Source: Robiginitomaculum sp.
GTDB taxonomy: Bacteria > Pseudomonadota > Alphaproteobacteria > Caulobacterales > Maricaulaceae
NCBI GenBank assembly: GCA_027071965.1
Contig: JALSYJ010000049.1
Coordinates: 1-63,791 of the forward strand
DNA length: 63,791 nt
Direction: 5' to 3'
Shown here piece by piece: positions 1-9,266 of the stretch. The translations under genes were made by a program, and so were the position numbers. The notes beneath the pieces are model-generated. The model was given only the letters and a program-made list of their open reading frames with translations. It was not told where the DNA came from and did no database searches. Within the stretch, counting starts at the first letter, position 1; each line of letters begins with the position of its first letter.

Positions 1-1
1 A

Positions 2-750
2 TTAAATCCACCATATGACGATTGCGGCAAGGCAGATTGCAGAGAAGAAGGTATGAGCGCATCGGTCATATCGGGTTGAGATACGTCGCCAGTCTTTTAA
101 GCGTCCGAACATGTTTTCTACTTTATGCCGTTGTTTATAGAGGGTTTTGTCAAAATCTTCCGGGAAGTTTCGTCCCTTCCGGGGCGGGATGCAGGGCGTT
201 ATTCCCTTAGCGAGTAATGCTGCCCGAAATTCATCGCTGTCATACCCTTTATCGCCAAGCATTTGAGCTGGCCCTTCCGGTAATGCCGGATAAATCAGTT
301 TGGCGCCGATATGATCGCTCATCTGGCCTTCGCTAAGGCACAGGATGACCGGTCGTCCCAACCCATCACAAACCGCATGTAGTTTGGAGTTCAGTCCGCC
401 TTTGGTGCGTCCAATACATCTGGGAACATCCCCTTTTTTAGCAGGCTGGCTGCTGTTCGGTGGGCTTTGAGGTGAGTAGCATCAATCATCAACATTTCCG
501 GTGCGCCCGCTTCTGCGGTTAACCGACTGAATATTTTGTCAAAAACACCCATCCGGCTCCATCTAACAAACCGGTTGTACAGGGTCTTGTGGGGACCATA
601 CTCTGCTGGCGCATCACGCCAGCGAAGCCCGTTTCTGATCACAAAGATGATGCCTGAAACCACCCGACGATCATCCACACGCGGCACACCATGGGCCAGA
701 GGAAAGCAGGGCTTGATAATGGCTAATTGCGCTTCTGAAAGCCAAAACAA
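2..750 (-). CDS. IS5-family DDE transposase, OrfA-OrfB joined by a programmed -1 frameshift
   Basis: OrfA contains VVSGIIFVIRNGLRWRDAP...YNRFVRWSRMGVF. Shifting -1 at the A AAA AAG site gives ...KKGDVPRCIGRTKGGLNSKLHAVCDGLGRPVILCLSEGQMSD..., which runs straight into the OrfB frame (DKGYDSD...YKQRHKVENMFGRLKDWRRISTRYDR). These are typical IS5/IS427 transposase motifs. Confidence 0.8.
433..439 (-). promoter_or_regulatory. A AAA AAG slippery heptamer for the -1 ribosomal frameshift in the IS transposase
   Basis: The plus strand reads ctttttt at 433-439, which is AAAAAAG on the coding strand. It sits where the orfA and orfB frames overlap, and translation across it in the -1 frame restores a continuous transposase. 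Confidence 0.6.
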
Positions 751-895
751 ATCACTTATGACAAATCTCCTTTGCCATGATGAATCACAAATTACAACAA
801 ATGGGAATCCCTCGATTTAATAGGTCCTGAGCCTAGCCATCTGACATCAATAGCCTTTGTCTACTATCTATGTCAGCCCCTAATTAAGTAAAGTA

Positions 896-944
896 TGGTG
901 CGCCGAGGAAGATTCGAACTCCCGACCCCCAGATTCGTAGTACG
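896..944 (-). repeat. 3' half of a tRNA-Arg(ACG)-like gene (anticodon loop to CCA); att-type remnant, not a functional tRNA
   Basis: The reverse complement reads CTACGAA-TCTGG-GGGTC-GGGAG-TTCGAAT-CTTCC-TCGGCGC-A-CCA. That is anticodon loop, 3' anticodon stem, variable loop, T arm, 3' acceptor strand and CCA. No matching 5' acceptor strand, D arm or 5' anticodon stem follows. Confidence 0.65.
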
Positions 945-1422
945 AAATCAGGCAAATTCTGGTGATCAGAGAAATTTATTCTCTATATTTATCAATCGGT
1001 TGTCATGTTTCAAAATTTTTGATCACCATAAAGTACTACAAAAAACCATACTTTGCGTGTGAATTGCGTGTGAATAATGAGCACCAAACTAAATGAGCAG
1101 AAGTTTAGTTTTTAAGGGTTTCAATTTCTTCACCGATTTCCGATGCGAGCAAATCAGCCATCTGAATCATCCCAGTGAGGTGGAAAGGAAACTTTAGGCC
1201 CAAGGCCAGAAAATCATCAATACGACTATGCACAGCACACCCTGCCTAAGCCCTGAAGACCTGTGTGCCATAGCCAAGACCTTTCAAAACCCAAATATAC
1301 TTGCCAGCCCCAAGCTTTTAACGTGGTGGAATTGCGTCCGGCAAAAAAAGAACAAAAAATAAACATCCATGTATTGACATTCATCTTGGAATCCCCATTT
1401 AGGAGAAAACGCAGGATATCCA

Positions 1423-2682
1423 ATGACTAATACTCCACAGTTCCCATGGCGGGTAGAAGAAAATACAAAAGAAGCTGAACTTCTAATTATTGAAGTTGCG
1501 GCGAGACTACAACTTAGCCCTACCCAGGTTCAGCAAGCTGAGCAGAATTACCACGCGCTTGCGGATTATATTGATGCGCCTAAGTCGCCCTTGGAGGATC
1601 ATATTGAGACTGTCCATGCGTCTGGATCATTCGCGATTGGCGCACCCATTATGGGCAAATCACAAGAAACTCAACATGATGTGGATGCGGTTCTGGAATT
1701 AATTGGCTTTAAGGACGCCGATTCAGAAAGTATCTTGAAATTAGTTGAAGAAGCACTGCTACGGCCAGATTCAAACGGCAAAAGCCGGTACGAAGGGATG
1801 ATTGAAAGAAATTCCCGATGCGTAACTGTTACTTACCACGATGGTCGAACAGTTGACTTGATGCCTGTTCACCACATCACTGATAAAAATAGTTATAAGA
1901 AAAAGCTGTTTCATTTTAAAGAAGCGAGGAGCTACAAGCCAGAAGAAAGTTACAGGAAGAATGTAGCGCCTAGAGGTTTTAAAAAATGGTACCTAGATCA
2001 AGAAAAGTGTCTTTCAGGCCCCCCTCTTGTTCTCCAAAAACATTTTATAGAAACTAGAGAAAGTGCTTTTGAAAAACGACATATATTGCTTGAAAAAGCT
2101 GAAACAGAGGAATTTCCAGAACAAAAGTCCTTGCCGGAAAAAACCGCTCGTACTTTGGCTATTCAACTTCTGAAAAGAAATAGGGACATCCAATACGAGC
2201 GTCTAAGTGGGCGCAAACCCCCATCAGTTTTGTTAGCCACATTAGGAATGCAGTCATCTGGCTCTATGCAACCTTTGCTTATAGATGAACTTATTAATGT
2301 GGCAAAACATATCAGAAACACACTAACAGCCAATGTTAGGGCAGGTTCTAAGTTACACGTAACAAACCCTTGGTGGCATCAAGACGTAATTTCTGATCGC
2401 TGGAATTCGACTGAAGATCAAAATCTATATCTCGACCAACTAACAGGCCTAATTAATGATATGGAGGCCTTAAAGGTCGAGCCAAGACTTTCTGAAAGGA
2501 AGAGAATATTAGTTCGAAACTTTGGGGAAAACGTCACAGTATCCGTTTTGAAATCACTTGAGGAACAAAGAAGTCAGCAAAGGAAACAAGGGGCGACACG
2601 AGTAACGAGCACCGGTTCAATTGTTGCAACCACCCCTTCACTGGTTCGTGCCGAAACTAAGAAAACGCCATTTGGTGGTTAA
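1423..2682 (+). CDS. CD-NTase / cGAS-DncV-like nucleotidyltransferase (CBASS cyclase), C-terminus ...TPFGG
   Basis: Pol-beta NTase signature HASGSFAIGAP...(17 aa)...DVDAVLEL (GS ... DxD) and a third acidic residue in CVTVTYHDGRTVDLMPV. An AGGAG lies ~15 nt upstream of the ATG. The gene is followed by a patatin effector gene, and the protein ends in Gly-Gly. Confidence 0.7.
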   Translation: MTNTPQFPWRVEENTKEAELLIIEVAARLQLSPTQVQQAEQNYHALADYIDAPKSPLEDHIETVHASGSFAIGAPIMGKSQETQHDVDAVLELIGFKDADSESILKLVEEALLRPDSNGKSRYEGMIERNSRCVTVTYHDGRTVDLMPVHHITDKNSYKKKLFHFKEARSYKPEESYRKNVAPRGFKKWYLDQEKCLSGPPLVLQKHFIETRESAFEKRHILLEKAETEEFPEQKSLPEKTARTLAIQLLKRNRDIQYERLSGRKPPSVLLATLGMQSSGSMQPLLIDELINVAKHIRNTLTANVRAGSKLHVTNPWWHQDVISDRWNSTEDQNLYLDQLTGLINDMEALKVEPRLSERKRILVRNFGENVTVSVLKSLEEQRSQQRKQGATRVTSTGSIVATTPSLVRAETKKTPFGG

Positions 2683-3325
2683 GGAGGCTGTTTTTTCTTA
2701 TTTCCTCCAAGTTTATAATGATTTACAAAATAGATATGACGGTATTGGTGTAGTTTCCCCTGAACATCTCACATTTTGGCCTTTCCTATATAAACCGAAA
2801 GTTACGTTTACATGGTCTCCGATTGTTGATGGCGAAAGGGTACTACTTCGCGTACACTTGTTCCAGCTATCGCCCTTTAAGTCTCCTTTCGCACGCGTAT
2901 TTGCTCCTAGTGTAGAATTCACAGAGCCAAATTTATTTAACAAGAGTTTATTATATAGGAATGCAGTTCCGCACACTTACCCCGTTGACAGTCGAAAACT
3001 GGAACGTTTTTCATTGCCTCACCCGGCAGAAGGTCCGATTCAAAAATATCCTTGGGTTCAAGTGTGTTGGCACTTCCCGGGTAATTCTAATGATCCTTGG
3101 GCCGATTGGATAGATAAAGAATGGAATTATGGAGAAGGTTTGATACCCGTTTTTGAAGAATGTTGTGATTGGGTCAGGGGCTATATCGGGTGGAGAGAAT
3201 TAGGTGAGTGGTTTTATGGCGGAATAAACCATAAACCAGATTATGGAAGGATTGCATATGACCGTAAAACGTTCAGACGGAACAATTTATCATCAACGTG
3301 CGCAGCAAGCTTGGCCAGACGATAA
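2621..3325 (+). CDS. Hypothetical protein between cyclase and effector; possible E2 (UBC)-like CBASS regulator; start unresolved
   Basis: Long ORF with no internal Met. The only ATG (2621) overlaps the cyclase by 62 nt, and in-frame TTG 2672 / GTG 2675 are alternatives. It contains LPHPAEGPIQKYPWVQVCWHFPG, an HP...C spacing loosely reminiscent of E2 active sites. The E2 assignment is inference from position plus this weak motif. Confidence 0.45.
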   Translation: MLQPPLHWFVPKLRKRHLVVKEAVFSYFLQVYNDLQNRYDGIGVVSPEHLTFWPFLYKPKVTFTWSPIVDGERVLLRVHLFQLSPFKSPFARVFAPSVEFTEPNLFNKSLLYRNAVPHTYPVDSRKLERFSLPHPAEGPIQKYPWVQVCWHFPGNSNDPWADWIDKEWNYGEGLIPVFEECCDWVRGYIGWRELGEWFYGGINHKPDYGRIAYDRKTFRRNNLSSTCAASLARR

Positions 3326-4256
3326 ACAATTCAAAATTCTTAGTATTGATGGCGGCGGGATCAAGGGAATTCTACCTGCCTCAATTTTGAAGGAGATAGA
3401 AGCCGAGCTCTGTAACGGGAAACCAATAAGCTCGTATTTTGATATGTTTGCAGGCACTTCGACAGGAGGAATTTTGGCAATTGGCCTAGCAGCCAAGAAA
3501 CCAGCAAGAGAACTATACGAAGTATATACTGATCCGCAAAAGGGTGGAAAAATTTTCAAAAAACCAAAAGACCCTAGATTGGCTATCGGGACTCTACATG
3601 ACAGAAAACCATTGGATGAAATGGTAAAAAATATTTTGGGCGAACGATTGTTTGGTGAGGCGGCCACAAGGGTGGTTGTCCCTGCTGTAAATCAAGATGG
3701 TGAACCCTCAATGTACAAAACGGACCACCATGGTGACTACAAACGGGATCATTCTGAATACATGTCACGAATTGCTCTGGATACGTCTGCAGCACCAGTG
3801 TTTTTGGGCGGAAACATAACAGGTGAAGAAGTTTGTATTGATGGTGGTTTATTTATGAACAACCCAATCATGGGAGCCGTCGTAGATGCCATTTCCTGTT
3901 ATGCAATACCACGTAGTAATATTCAGGTTCTTTCAATTGGTTGTGGAAAAAATTCGAAAGAAATCACTATTAAGAAAGCAAGCGGTGGCACTTTCAAATG
4001 GCTTGATACCTTGGAATATGTTGGCCAGCTACAGTCTCACAATGCAATCGGGCAAGCAGGTTTGCTCATTGGGCGGCAAAATATCGTACGCCTCAATCCT
4101 GAGTTAAGCTCCGATATACAAATGGATAACTTTTCAGAATCAGAAAAAACCTTGCCAGAACTGGGCAAAACGACATTCAAACGATTCAGGGAAGATATAA
4201 GGCACTTTTTTGAACAAGAAGTAGAACCGTGGGAACATCACTATTCTTCGCCATGA
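3243..4256 (+). CDS. capV: Patatin-like phospholipase (CapV-like CBASS effector)
   Basis: Oxyanion motif ILSIDGGGIKG, nucleophile elbow GTSTG (GxSxG) and catalytic Asp motif CIDGGLFMNNP. It overlaps the preceding ORF by 68-83 nt depending on the start (ATG 3243 or 3258). Confidence 0.8.
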   Translation: MEGLHMTVKRSDGTIYHQRAQQAWPDDKQFKILSIDGGGIKGILPASILKEIEAELCNGKPISSYFDMFAGTSTGGILAIGLAAKKPARELYEVYTDPQKGGKIFKKPKDPRLAIGTLHDRKPLDEMVKNILGERLFGEAATRVVVPAVNQDGEPSMYKTDHHGDYKRDHSEYMSRIALDTSAAPVFLGGNITGEEVCIDGGLFMNNPIMGAVVDAISCYAIPRSNIQVLSIGCGKNSKEITIKKASGGTFKWLDTLEYVGQLQSHNAIGQAGLLIGRQNIVRLNPELSSDIQMDNFSESEKTLPELGKTTFKRFREDIRHFFEQEVEPWEHHYSSP

Positions 4257-4498
4257 TTCCATGTAACGAACTCGCCGAAAGCATCAAGAAAAAAGCCACG
4301 CTCGACTGGACCCAGCGCGAAACCGTTCGGGCAGATATGCGCAGAACGGTTCGTAGGCTATTGGCCAAATACGGCTACCCACCAGACGCGCAGGAAACAG
4401 CAACCCAATTGGTAATCAAACAAGCTGAGTTGATGGCAATTGGCAGATTTGAAATGGAAGCAAAACGCATGAATAAGACTGTATACAAAAAAAATTGA
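4229..4498 (+). pseudogene. C-terminal remnant of a type I restriction R subunit (HsdR, DUF3387-type tail)
   Basis: The translation ...ATLDWTQRETVRADMRRTVRRLLAKYGYPPDAQETATQLVIKQAELMA matches the conserved extreme C-terminus of EcoR124-like HsdR proteins (KYGYPPD motif). No helicase or nuclease body precedes it. It differs from the intact hsdR at 11449-14502. Confidence 0.6.
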
Positions 4499-6722
4499 TT
4501 ATGACCTTCATGGGCTTATTTCAGATATTAAAAATGGCGAGATAGCACTTCCAGAACTCCAACGTCCATTTGTTTGGAAAAATGCTAAAGTAAGAAATCT
4601 GTTTGATTCAATGTATCGTGGCTATCCTGTAGGATTTTTCCTTTTTTGGGAGCCTTCAGTGGTTGAGGGTTCAAGGGATATAGGGACGGACGGCAAGCAA
4701 AAAACTCCCCGCTTGTTAGTAGTGGATGGGCAGCAAAGATTAACATCGCTTTATGCTGTCATGACTGGAACACCCGTTATTCGCGAGGGGTACAAAGCTG
4801 AGAAAATCGAAATCAGTTTCAATCCGTTACTAGAGAAATTCGAAGTTGCTGACGCTACGACCCGGAATAACAGACAGTTTCTTCCTGATATATCCATAAT
4901 CTGGGACCCAGCAGAAGATTTTGACGATATCAAAGAAGACTATTTCAACCGCCTAGCGGAGGTGCAATCTGTAACCGATGAGGTTCGAAAAGATGCTCGA
5001 CGGGCGCTTAATCGACTTGAAAAACTTAGCAACTATCCGTTCACCGCACTTGAATTAACTGCAAATGTAGATGAAGAGCAGGTTTCGGAAGTTTTTGTGC
5101 GGATCAACTCAGAAGGTAAAAAGCTCAATCAAGCTGACTTTATCCTAACTCTTATGTCTGTATTTTGGGACAAAGGTCGGGCGGAACTCGAAAAGTTTTG
5201 CCGTGATGCAAAACAACCATCTCAATCTACCGCGTCTCCTTTTAATCACCTGATACAACCAGAACCCGACCAGCTCCTACGTGTTTCTGTTGGGTTGGCA
5301 TTTCGGCGGGCTAGATTACAGTACGTGTATTCGATACTTCGAGGAAAAGACCTTGAAACAGAAGTTTTCAGTGATGAGTTACGCGAAAAGCAATTTGCAA
5401 CGCTTAAGGATGCTCAGTCAAGAGTATTGAACCTACAATACTGGCATGATTTTTTGAAAGCAATTCGTTTGGCTGGATACAAAAGCCATAAAATGATAAG
5501 CTCAAAAAATGCCGTGATATTTTCCTATATTTTATACCTATTAGGTAGAACAGAGCTTGGCTTTGAAGAAAGGGAGTTGCGCAAGCTAATCGCAAAATGG
5601 TTCTTCGTTAATTCAATGACTGGGCGAATTACAAGTTCCCCAGAATCAAAAATGGAGGCTGATCTTGCTCGTCTGAGGGATGTAGATAGCAGAGAAGAAT
5701 TTAAGGCAATTCTTGATCAAATATGCGATTCAATTGTTACTAGAGATTATTGGAAAATAACACTCCCAACGGACTTAGCTACATCATCAGGAAGAAGCCC
5801 GTCGATGTTTGCATATTTTGCTTCATTGGTACGGCTAGAGGCAAATGTCTTATTCTCCGAACAAAAGGTATATGAGCTTCTCGATGCGTCAACTAAAGAA
5901 CCGCGTTCACCAATTGAACGTCATCATATTTTTCCCAAAGGTTATCTTGAAACTATTGGAATTACCGGGAATACGCAAAAGAATCAAATTGCAAACTTTG
6001 CCCTCGTTGAATGGGGCGACAACGCGAAAATTCGTGATAAGGCCCCATCAGAGTATATTACCCATTTTGCGGAGCGCTTCTCGCAAAAAGACCTCGAAAA
6101 GATGTTTTACTGGCATGCACTACCTGACGGTTGGACCGAAATGGAATACAGCGAGTTTTTGCGCAAAAGGCGCGAAATGATTGCCGCTGTCATTCAGGAA
6201 TCTTACGAGGCATTTGAATCAGGCAACATAAAAAGCAAAACCTCAGAGCAAAAAAACATTCGTGAACTAGTCAAAGAGGGAGAGAATTCCGCAACTGAAT
6301 TCAAAGCAACGCTCCGTAAAAATCTTCACACCGGGCAAAACGATGACCGAATGGAAAAAGAGGTACTTAGAACCATTGTTGGTTTTCTTAATTCTAAAGG
6401 TGGCGGTACACTGTTAATTGGCGTTACGGATGATGGAGAGGCTTTGGGGGTAGATGCCGATTCATTTGCCAATGAAGACAAAATGTATCTGCACCTAAAT
6501 AACCTTATCAAGGACCGGATAGGTTCAAAGCAAATGTTGTATATTCATCCGCATATGGATGAATTTGACGAAAAACGGGTTCTAATCGTCGAGTGTCAAC
6601 CTTCGCGTTCACCGGTGTACTTAAAGGACGGTAAGGAACAGCGCTTTTACGTACGCTCCGTTGCAGCTACCGCCGAACTCAAAGGCGGTGAGGCACAAGA
6701 CTATATTTCACACCGATTTTGA
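4473..6722 (+). CDS. GmrSD-family type IV restriction enzyme (DUF262 + DUF1524) with a C-terminal AlbA_2/Schlafen-like domain; no canonical start codon
   Basis: The frame is open from 4473 and encodes conserved DUF262 N-terminal residues (IALPELQRPFVWKNAKVRNLFDSMYRGYPVG) upstream of the first ATG (4611). It also has LVVDGQQRLTSL, the DUF1524 His-Me motif PIERHHIFPKGYL...NFALVEWGDN, and a C-terminal AlbA_2-like segment (LRTIVGFLNSKGGGTLLIGVTDDGEALGV...FYVRS). Only CTG 4479 and ATT 4494 are available as upstream starts. Confidence 0.75.
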   Translation: MRLYTKKIDYDLHGLISDIKNGEIALPELQRPFVWKNAKVRNLFDSMYRGYPVGFFLFWEPSVVEGSRDIGTDGKQKTPRLLVVDGQQRLTSLYAVMTGTPVIREGYKAEKIEISFNPLLEKFEVADATTRNNRQFLPDISIIWDPAEDFDDIKEDYFNRLAEVQSVTDEVRKDARRALNRLEKLSNYPFTALELTANVDEEQVSEVFVRINSEGKKLNQADFILTLMSVFWDKGRAELEKFCRDAKQPSQSTASPFNHLIQPEPDQLLRVSVGLAFRRARLQYVYSILRGKDLETEVFSDELREKQFATLKDAQSRVLNLQYWHDFLKAIRLAGYKSHKMISSKNAVIFSYILYLLGRTELGFEERELRKLIAKWFFVNSMTGRITSSPESKMEADLARLRDVDSREEFKAILDQICDSIVTRDYWKITLPTDLATSSGRSPSMFAYFASLVRLEANVLFSEQKVYELLDASTKEPRSPIERHHIFPKGYLETIGITGNTQKNQIANFALVEWGDNAKIRDKAPSEYITHFAERFSQKDLEKMFYWHALPDGWTEMEYSEFLRKRREMIAAVIQESYEAFESGNIKSKTSEQKNIRELVKEGENSATEFKATLRKNLHTGQNDDRMEKEVLRTIVGFLNSKGGGTLLIGVTDDGEALGVDADSFANEDKMYLHLNNLIKDRIGSKQMLYIHPHMDEFDEKRVLIVECQPSRSPVYLKDGKEQRFYVRSVAATAELKGGEAQDYISHRF

Positions 6723-6795
6723 TAGACCGTGCTGCCCCGGTGTTGCCCAGAGCCAAATCAACAAATCGTCAATTCTACTAACCCATTGAAATATT

Positions 6796-6840
6796 TGGTG
6801 CACCCGACAGGATTCGAACCTGTGACCTCTGCCTTCGGAG
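6796..6840 (-). repeat. 45-nt copy of the 3' half of tRNA-Arg(CCG) (att repeat)
   Basis: tggtgcacccgacaggattcgaacctgtgacctctgccttcggag matches 58319-58363 of the intact tRNA at 45 of 45 positions. Identity stops at the anticodon loop. Confidence 0.9.
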
Positions 6841-7082
6841 CGGGTAAAATAGAAGCTAATTAATTGTAATTATTGTATATTAACGGAGCCGAGTGGCGCG
6901 CAAAAGAGCATAAAAGGGCCTATTTTGACTGATTTGCGCGCCAGTTGCGCGCCACCCATTTTATTGCAAGGCCCCGTGCCAATGATCGTTCTTGTGGAAT
7001 CCCCTCAGGCGTGTATCTTGGGTGGCAGACATATTCACTAACCTACACTCAAAAACCTACACTCAAAATACAACAGGACAAT

Positions 7083-9266
7083 ATGAGCAACGAGCAAGGT
7101 GCCAATTTGATTGGCTTTATCTGGAATATCGCCAATAAATTGCGCGGCCCTTACCGCCCGCCCCAATACCGGCGGGTTATGTTGCCCATGACTGTGTTGC
7201 GCCGAATGGATTGCGTGCTGGCACCCGAAAAAGAAAAGGTGCTGAAACAGTATGACAAACTCATAGCTCAAGGTCACTCGGAAGAAGCCATTCAAAAAAT
7301 CCTGGGGGAAGCCGCAACCAAAGACCGTGATCAACCCCTCTATAATATCAGCCCCTTTGACTTTCAAAAACTGCTTGGCGATCCGGATAATATCGCTCGC
7401 AATCTGGTATCCTACATCAATGGATTTTCCCCCAAGGCCCGTGAAATTTTTGACAAATTTGGCTTTGAACAGGAAATCGAAAAACTGGACAATGCCAACC
7501 GGCTATTCCTGATCATCAAGGAATTTGCGGCCATCAACCTGCACCCGGACCAAATCAACAATATGGAGATGGGCCGTATATTTGAAGAGTTGGTGCGCAA
7601 ATTCAACGAGCAAGCCAACGAAGAGGCCGGAGATCACTTCACCCCGCGTGAGGTCATCCGCCTGATGGCTCATCTGGTCTATACCGAAGAAGAAGACGTT
7701 TACACCCCCGGCATTTCGCGCACGGTTTATGACCCGACCTGCGGAACGGGTGGCATGTTGTCGGTCTCTGAAGAATATGTGCACGAGCAAAACCCCCAAG
7801 CAAACCTTCACCTCTACGGTCAAGAATACAATCCGGAATCTTACGCCATTTGTGGTTCTGATCTGCTGATCAAGGATGAGCCGATTGATAATATCGTGTT
7901 TGGCGACACGCTGGGCGATGGCAAAACGGAAGATGGTCACCCGGACAAGAAATTTCATTACATGCTGGCCAATCCGCCCTTTGGCGTTGAATGGAAAGCC
8001 CAGCAACATATTGTCACCAAGGAGCATGAACAGCTAGGCTTTGCCGGGCGCTTTGGCCCCGGCACGCCGCGCATCAATGACGGGGCCTTTTTGTTCCTCA
8101 TGCATATGATGAGTAAAATGCACCGGCCACCTGACAAAGGCGGTGAAGGTTCAAAAATAGCCATTGTCTTTAATGGTTCGCCACTTTTTACCGGCGATGC
8201 CGGATCGGGCGAGAGCAATATCCGCCGCTGGATCATTGAAAATGACTGGCTGGATTCCATTATCGCTCTGCCAGATCAAATGTTCTACAACACCGGGATT
8301 TTCACCTATATTTGGCTGGTCTCAAATCGCAAACGCAACGGGCGCAAGGGCAAAGTCCAACTTGTCGATGCCACCAAGCACTTTCAAAAAATGCGCAAGA
8401 GTTTGGGTAATAAGCGCAATGAATTATCTGATAAACACATCAATGAGATCACCCGGCTGTATGCCGATTTTACACACGACAACACCTCAAAGGTAAAGGT
8501 GAAAGTAGACGGCAAAGAGGTAGAACAGGACCGCATCTGTGCCAAGATTTTTGATAATCGCGATTTTGGTTTTCTCAAAATTACCGTGGAACGCCCGCTG
8601 CAACTGAATTTTCAAGCCAGCGCCGAGCGGATTGAAAAGCTGAAAACCGAACGCGCCTTTATTGGGTTGGCGGTCAGCAAAAAGCGCAAAGATGCGACCA
8701 TTATTGCCGCCGAGGAAACGGCGGGTAAAGCCCAACAAGAGGCCATTTTGGAGGTGCTGACCCAAATGGATGGGCAAATACTGTACAAGAACCGGGATGA
8801 ATTTACCAAAACGCTAAACGCCGCCTTCAAGCAGGCCGGCATCAATCTGGAAACCGCAATCCGCAAAGCTATCTTGAATGCCTTGTCGGAGCGCGATGAA
8901 ACCGCCGACATTTGCACCAAAGCCAAGGGACGGCCGGAGCCGGACCCGACTTTGCGCGATACCGAGCTGGTACCCCTGCCCAAGGATATTGACCTGCCCA
9001 AGCTGAACGCCGGTGAAGGCGAGATAAGTGATGCGGACCTGCCAGAACTGGTCCGGGAGCATGTGGAAAGCTATCTGGCCCGCGAAGTCCTGCCCCATGT
9101 GCCCAAGGCCTGGGCGGATCACAGCAAGACCAAGATGGGGTATGAAATCCCCCTCAACCGGCATTTTTATGTCTATGAACCACCGCGCCTGCTGGAAGAA
9201 ATTGCAACTGATATTAAGGCGCTGGAAGGCGAGATCATGGATTTGCTCAAAGGCATCACCGCATGA
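7083..9266 (+). CDS. hsdM: Type I restriction-modification methyltransferase subunit M
   Basis: HsdM_N-like start MSNEQGANLIGFIWNIANKLRGPYRPPQYRRVMLPMTVLRRMDCVL, AdoMet motif YDPTCGTGGML and catalytic LANPPFG. It has an ATGA overlap with hsdS. The upstream in-frame extension (6945-7082) was rejected. Confidence 0.9.
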   Translation: MSNEQGANLIGFIWNIANKLRGPYRPPQYRRVMLPMTVLRRMDCVLAPEKEKVLKQYDKLIAQGHSEEAIQKILGEAATKDRDQPLYNISPFDFQKLLGDPDNIARNLVSYINGFSPKAREIFDKFGFEQEIEKLDNANRLFLIIKEFAAINLHPDQINNMEMGRIFEELVRKFNEQANEEAGDHFTPREVIRLMAHLVYTEEEDVYTPGISRTVYDPTCGTGGMLSVSEEYVHEQNPQANLHLYGQEYNPESYAICGSDLLIKDEPIDNIVFGDTLGDGKTEDGHPDKKFHYMLANPPFGVEWKAQQHIVTKEHEQLGFAGRFGPGTPRINDGAFLFLMHMMSKMHRPPDKGGEGSKIAIVFNGSPLFTGDAGSGESNIRRWIIENDWLDSIIALPDQMFYNTGIFTYIWLVSNRKRNGRKGKVQLVDATKHFQKMRKSLGNKRNELSDKHINEITRLYADFTHDNTSKVKVKVDGKEVEQDRICAKIFDNRDFGFLKITVERPLQLNFQASAERIEKLKTERAFIGLAVSKKRKDATIIAAEETAGKAQQEAILEVLTQMDGQILYKNRDEFTKTLNAAFKQAGINLETAIRKAILNALSERDETADICTKAKGRPEPDPTLRDTELVPLPKDIDLPKLNAGEGEISDADLPELVREHVESYLAREVLPHVPKAWADHSKTKMGYEIPLNRHFYVYEPPRLLEEIATDIKALEGEIMDLLKGITA

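Larger units (their letters stand above)
1..830 (-). mobile_element. IS5-family (IS427/IS1031-like) insertion sequence, cut by the window start; inner end approximate
   Basis: Two consecutive minus-strand ORFs (391-750 and 2-361) read as the N- and C-terminal halves of an IS5/IS427-group DDE transposase. The transposase stop is at nt 2-4, so the distal inverted repeat lies outside the window. The inner boundary (~800-830) cannot be fixed without it. Confidence 0.75.

Noticed and set aside
6945-7082. 46-codon N-terminal extension of hsdM offered by the ORF track
   Set aside because: The extension covers island-end DNA directly after the tRNA fragment. The conserved HsdM N-terminus begins at the Met of MSNEQGANL (7083).
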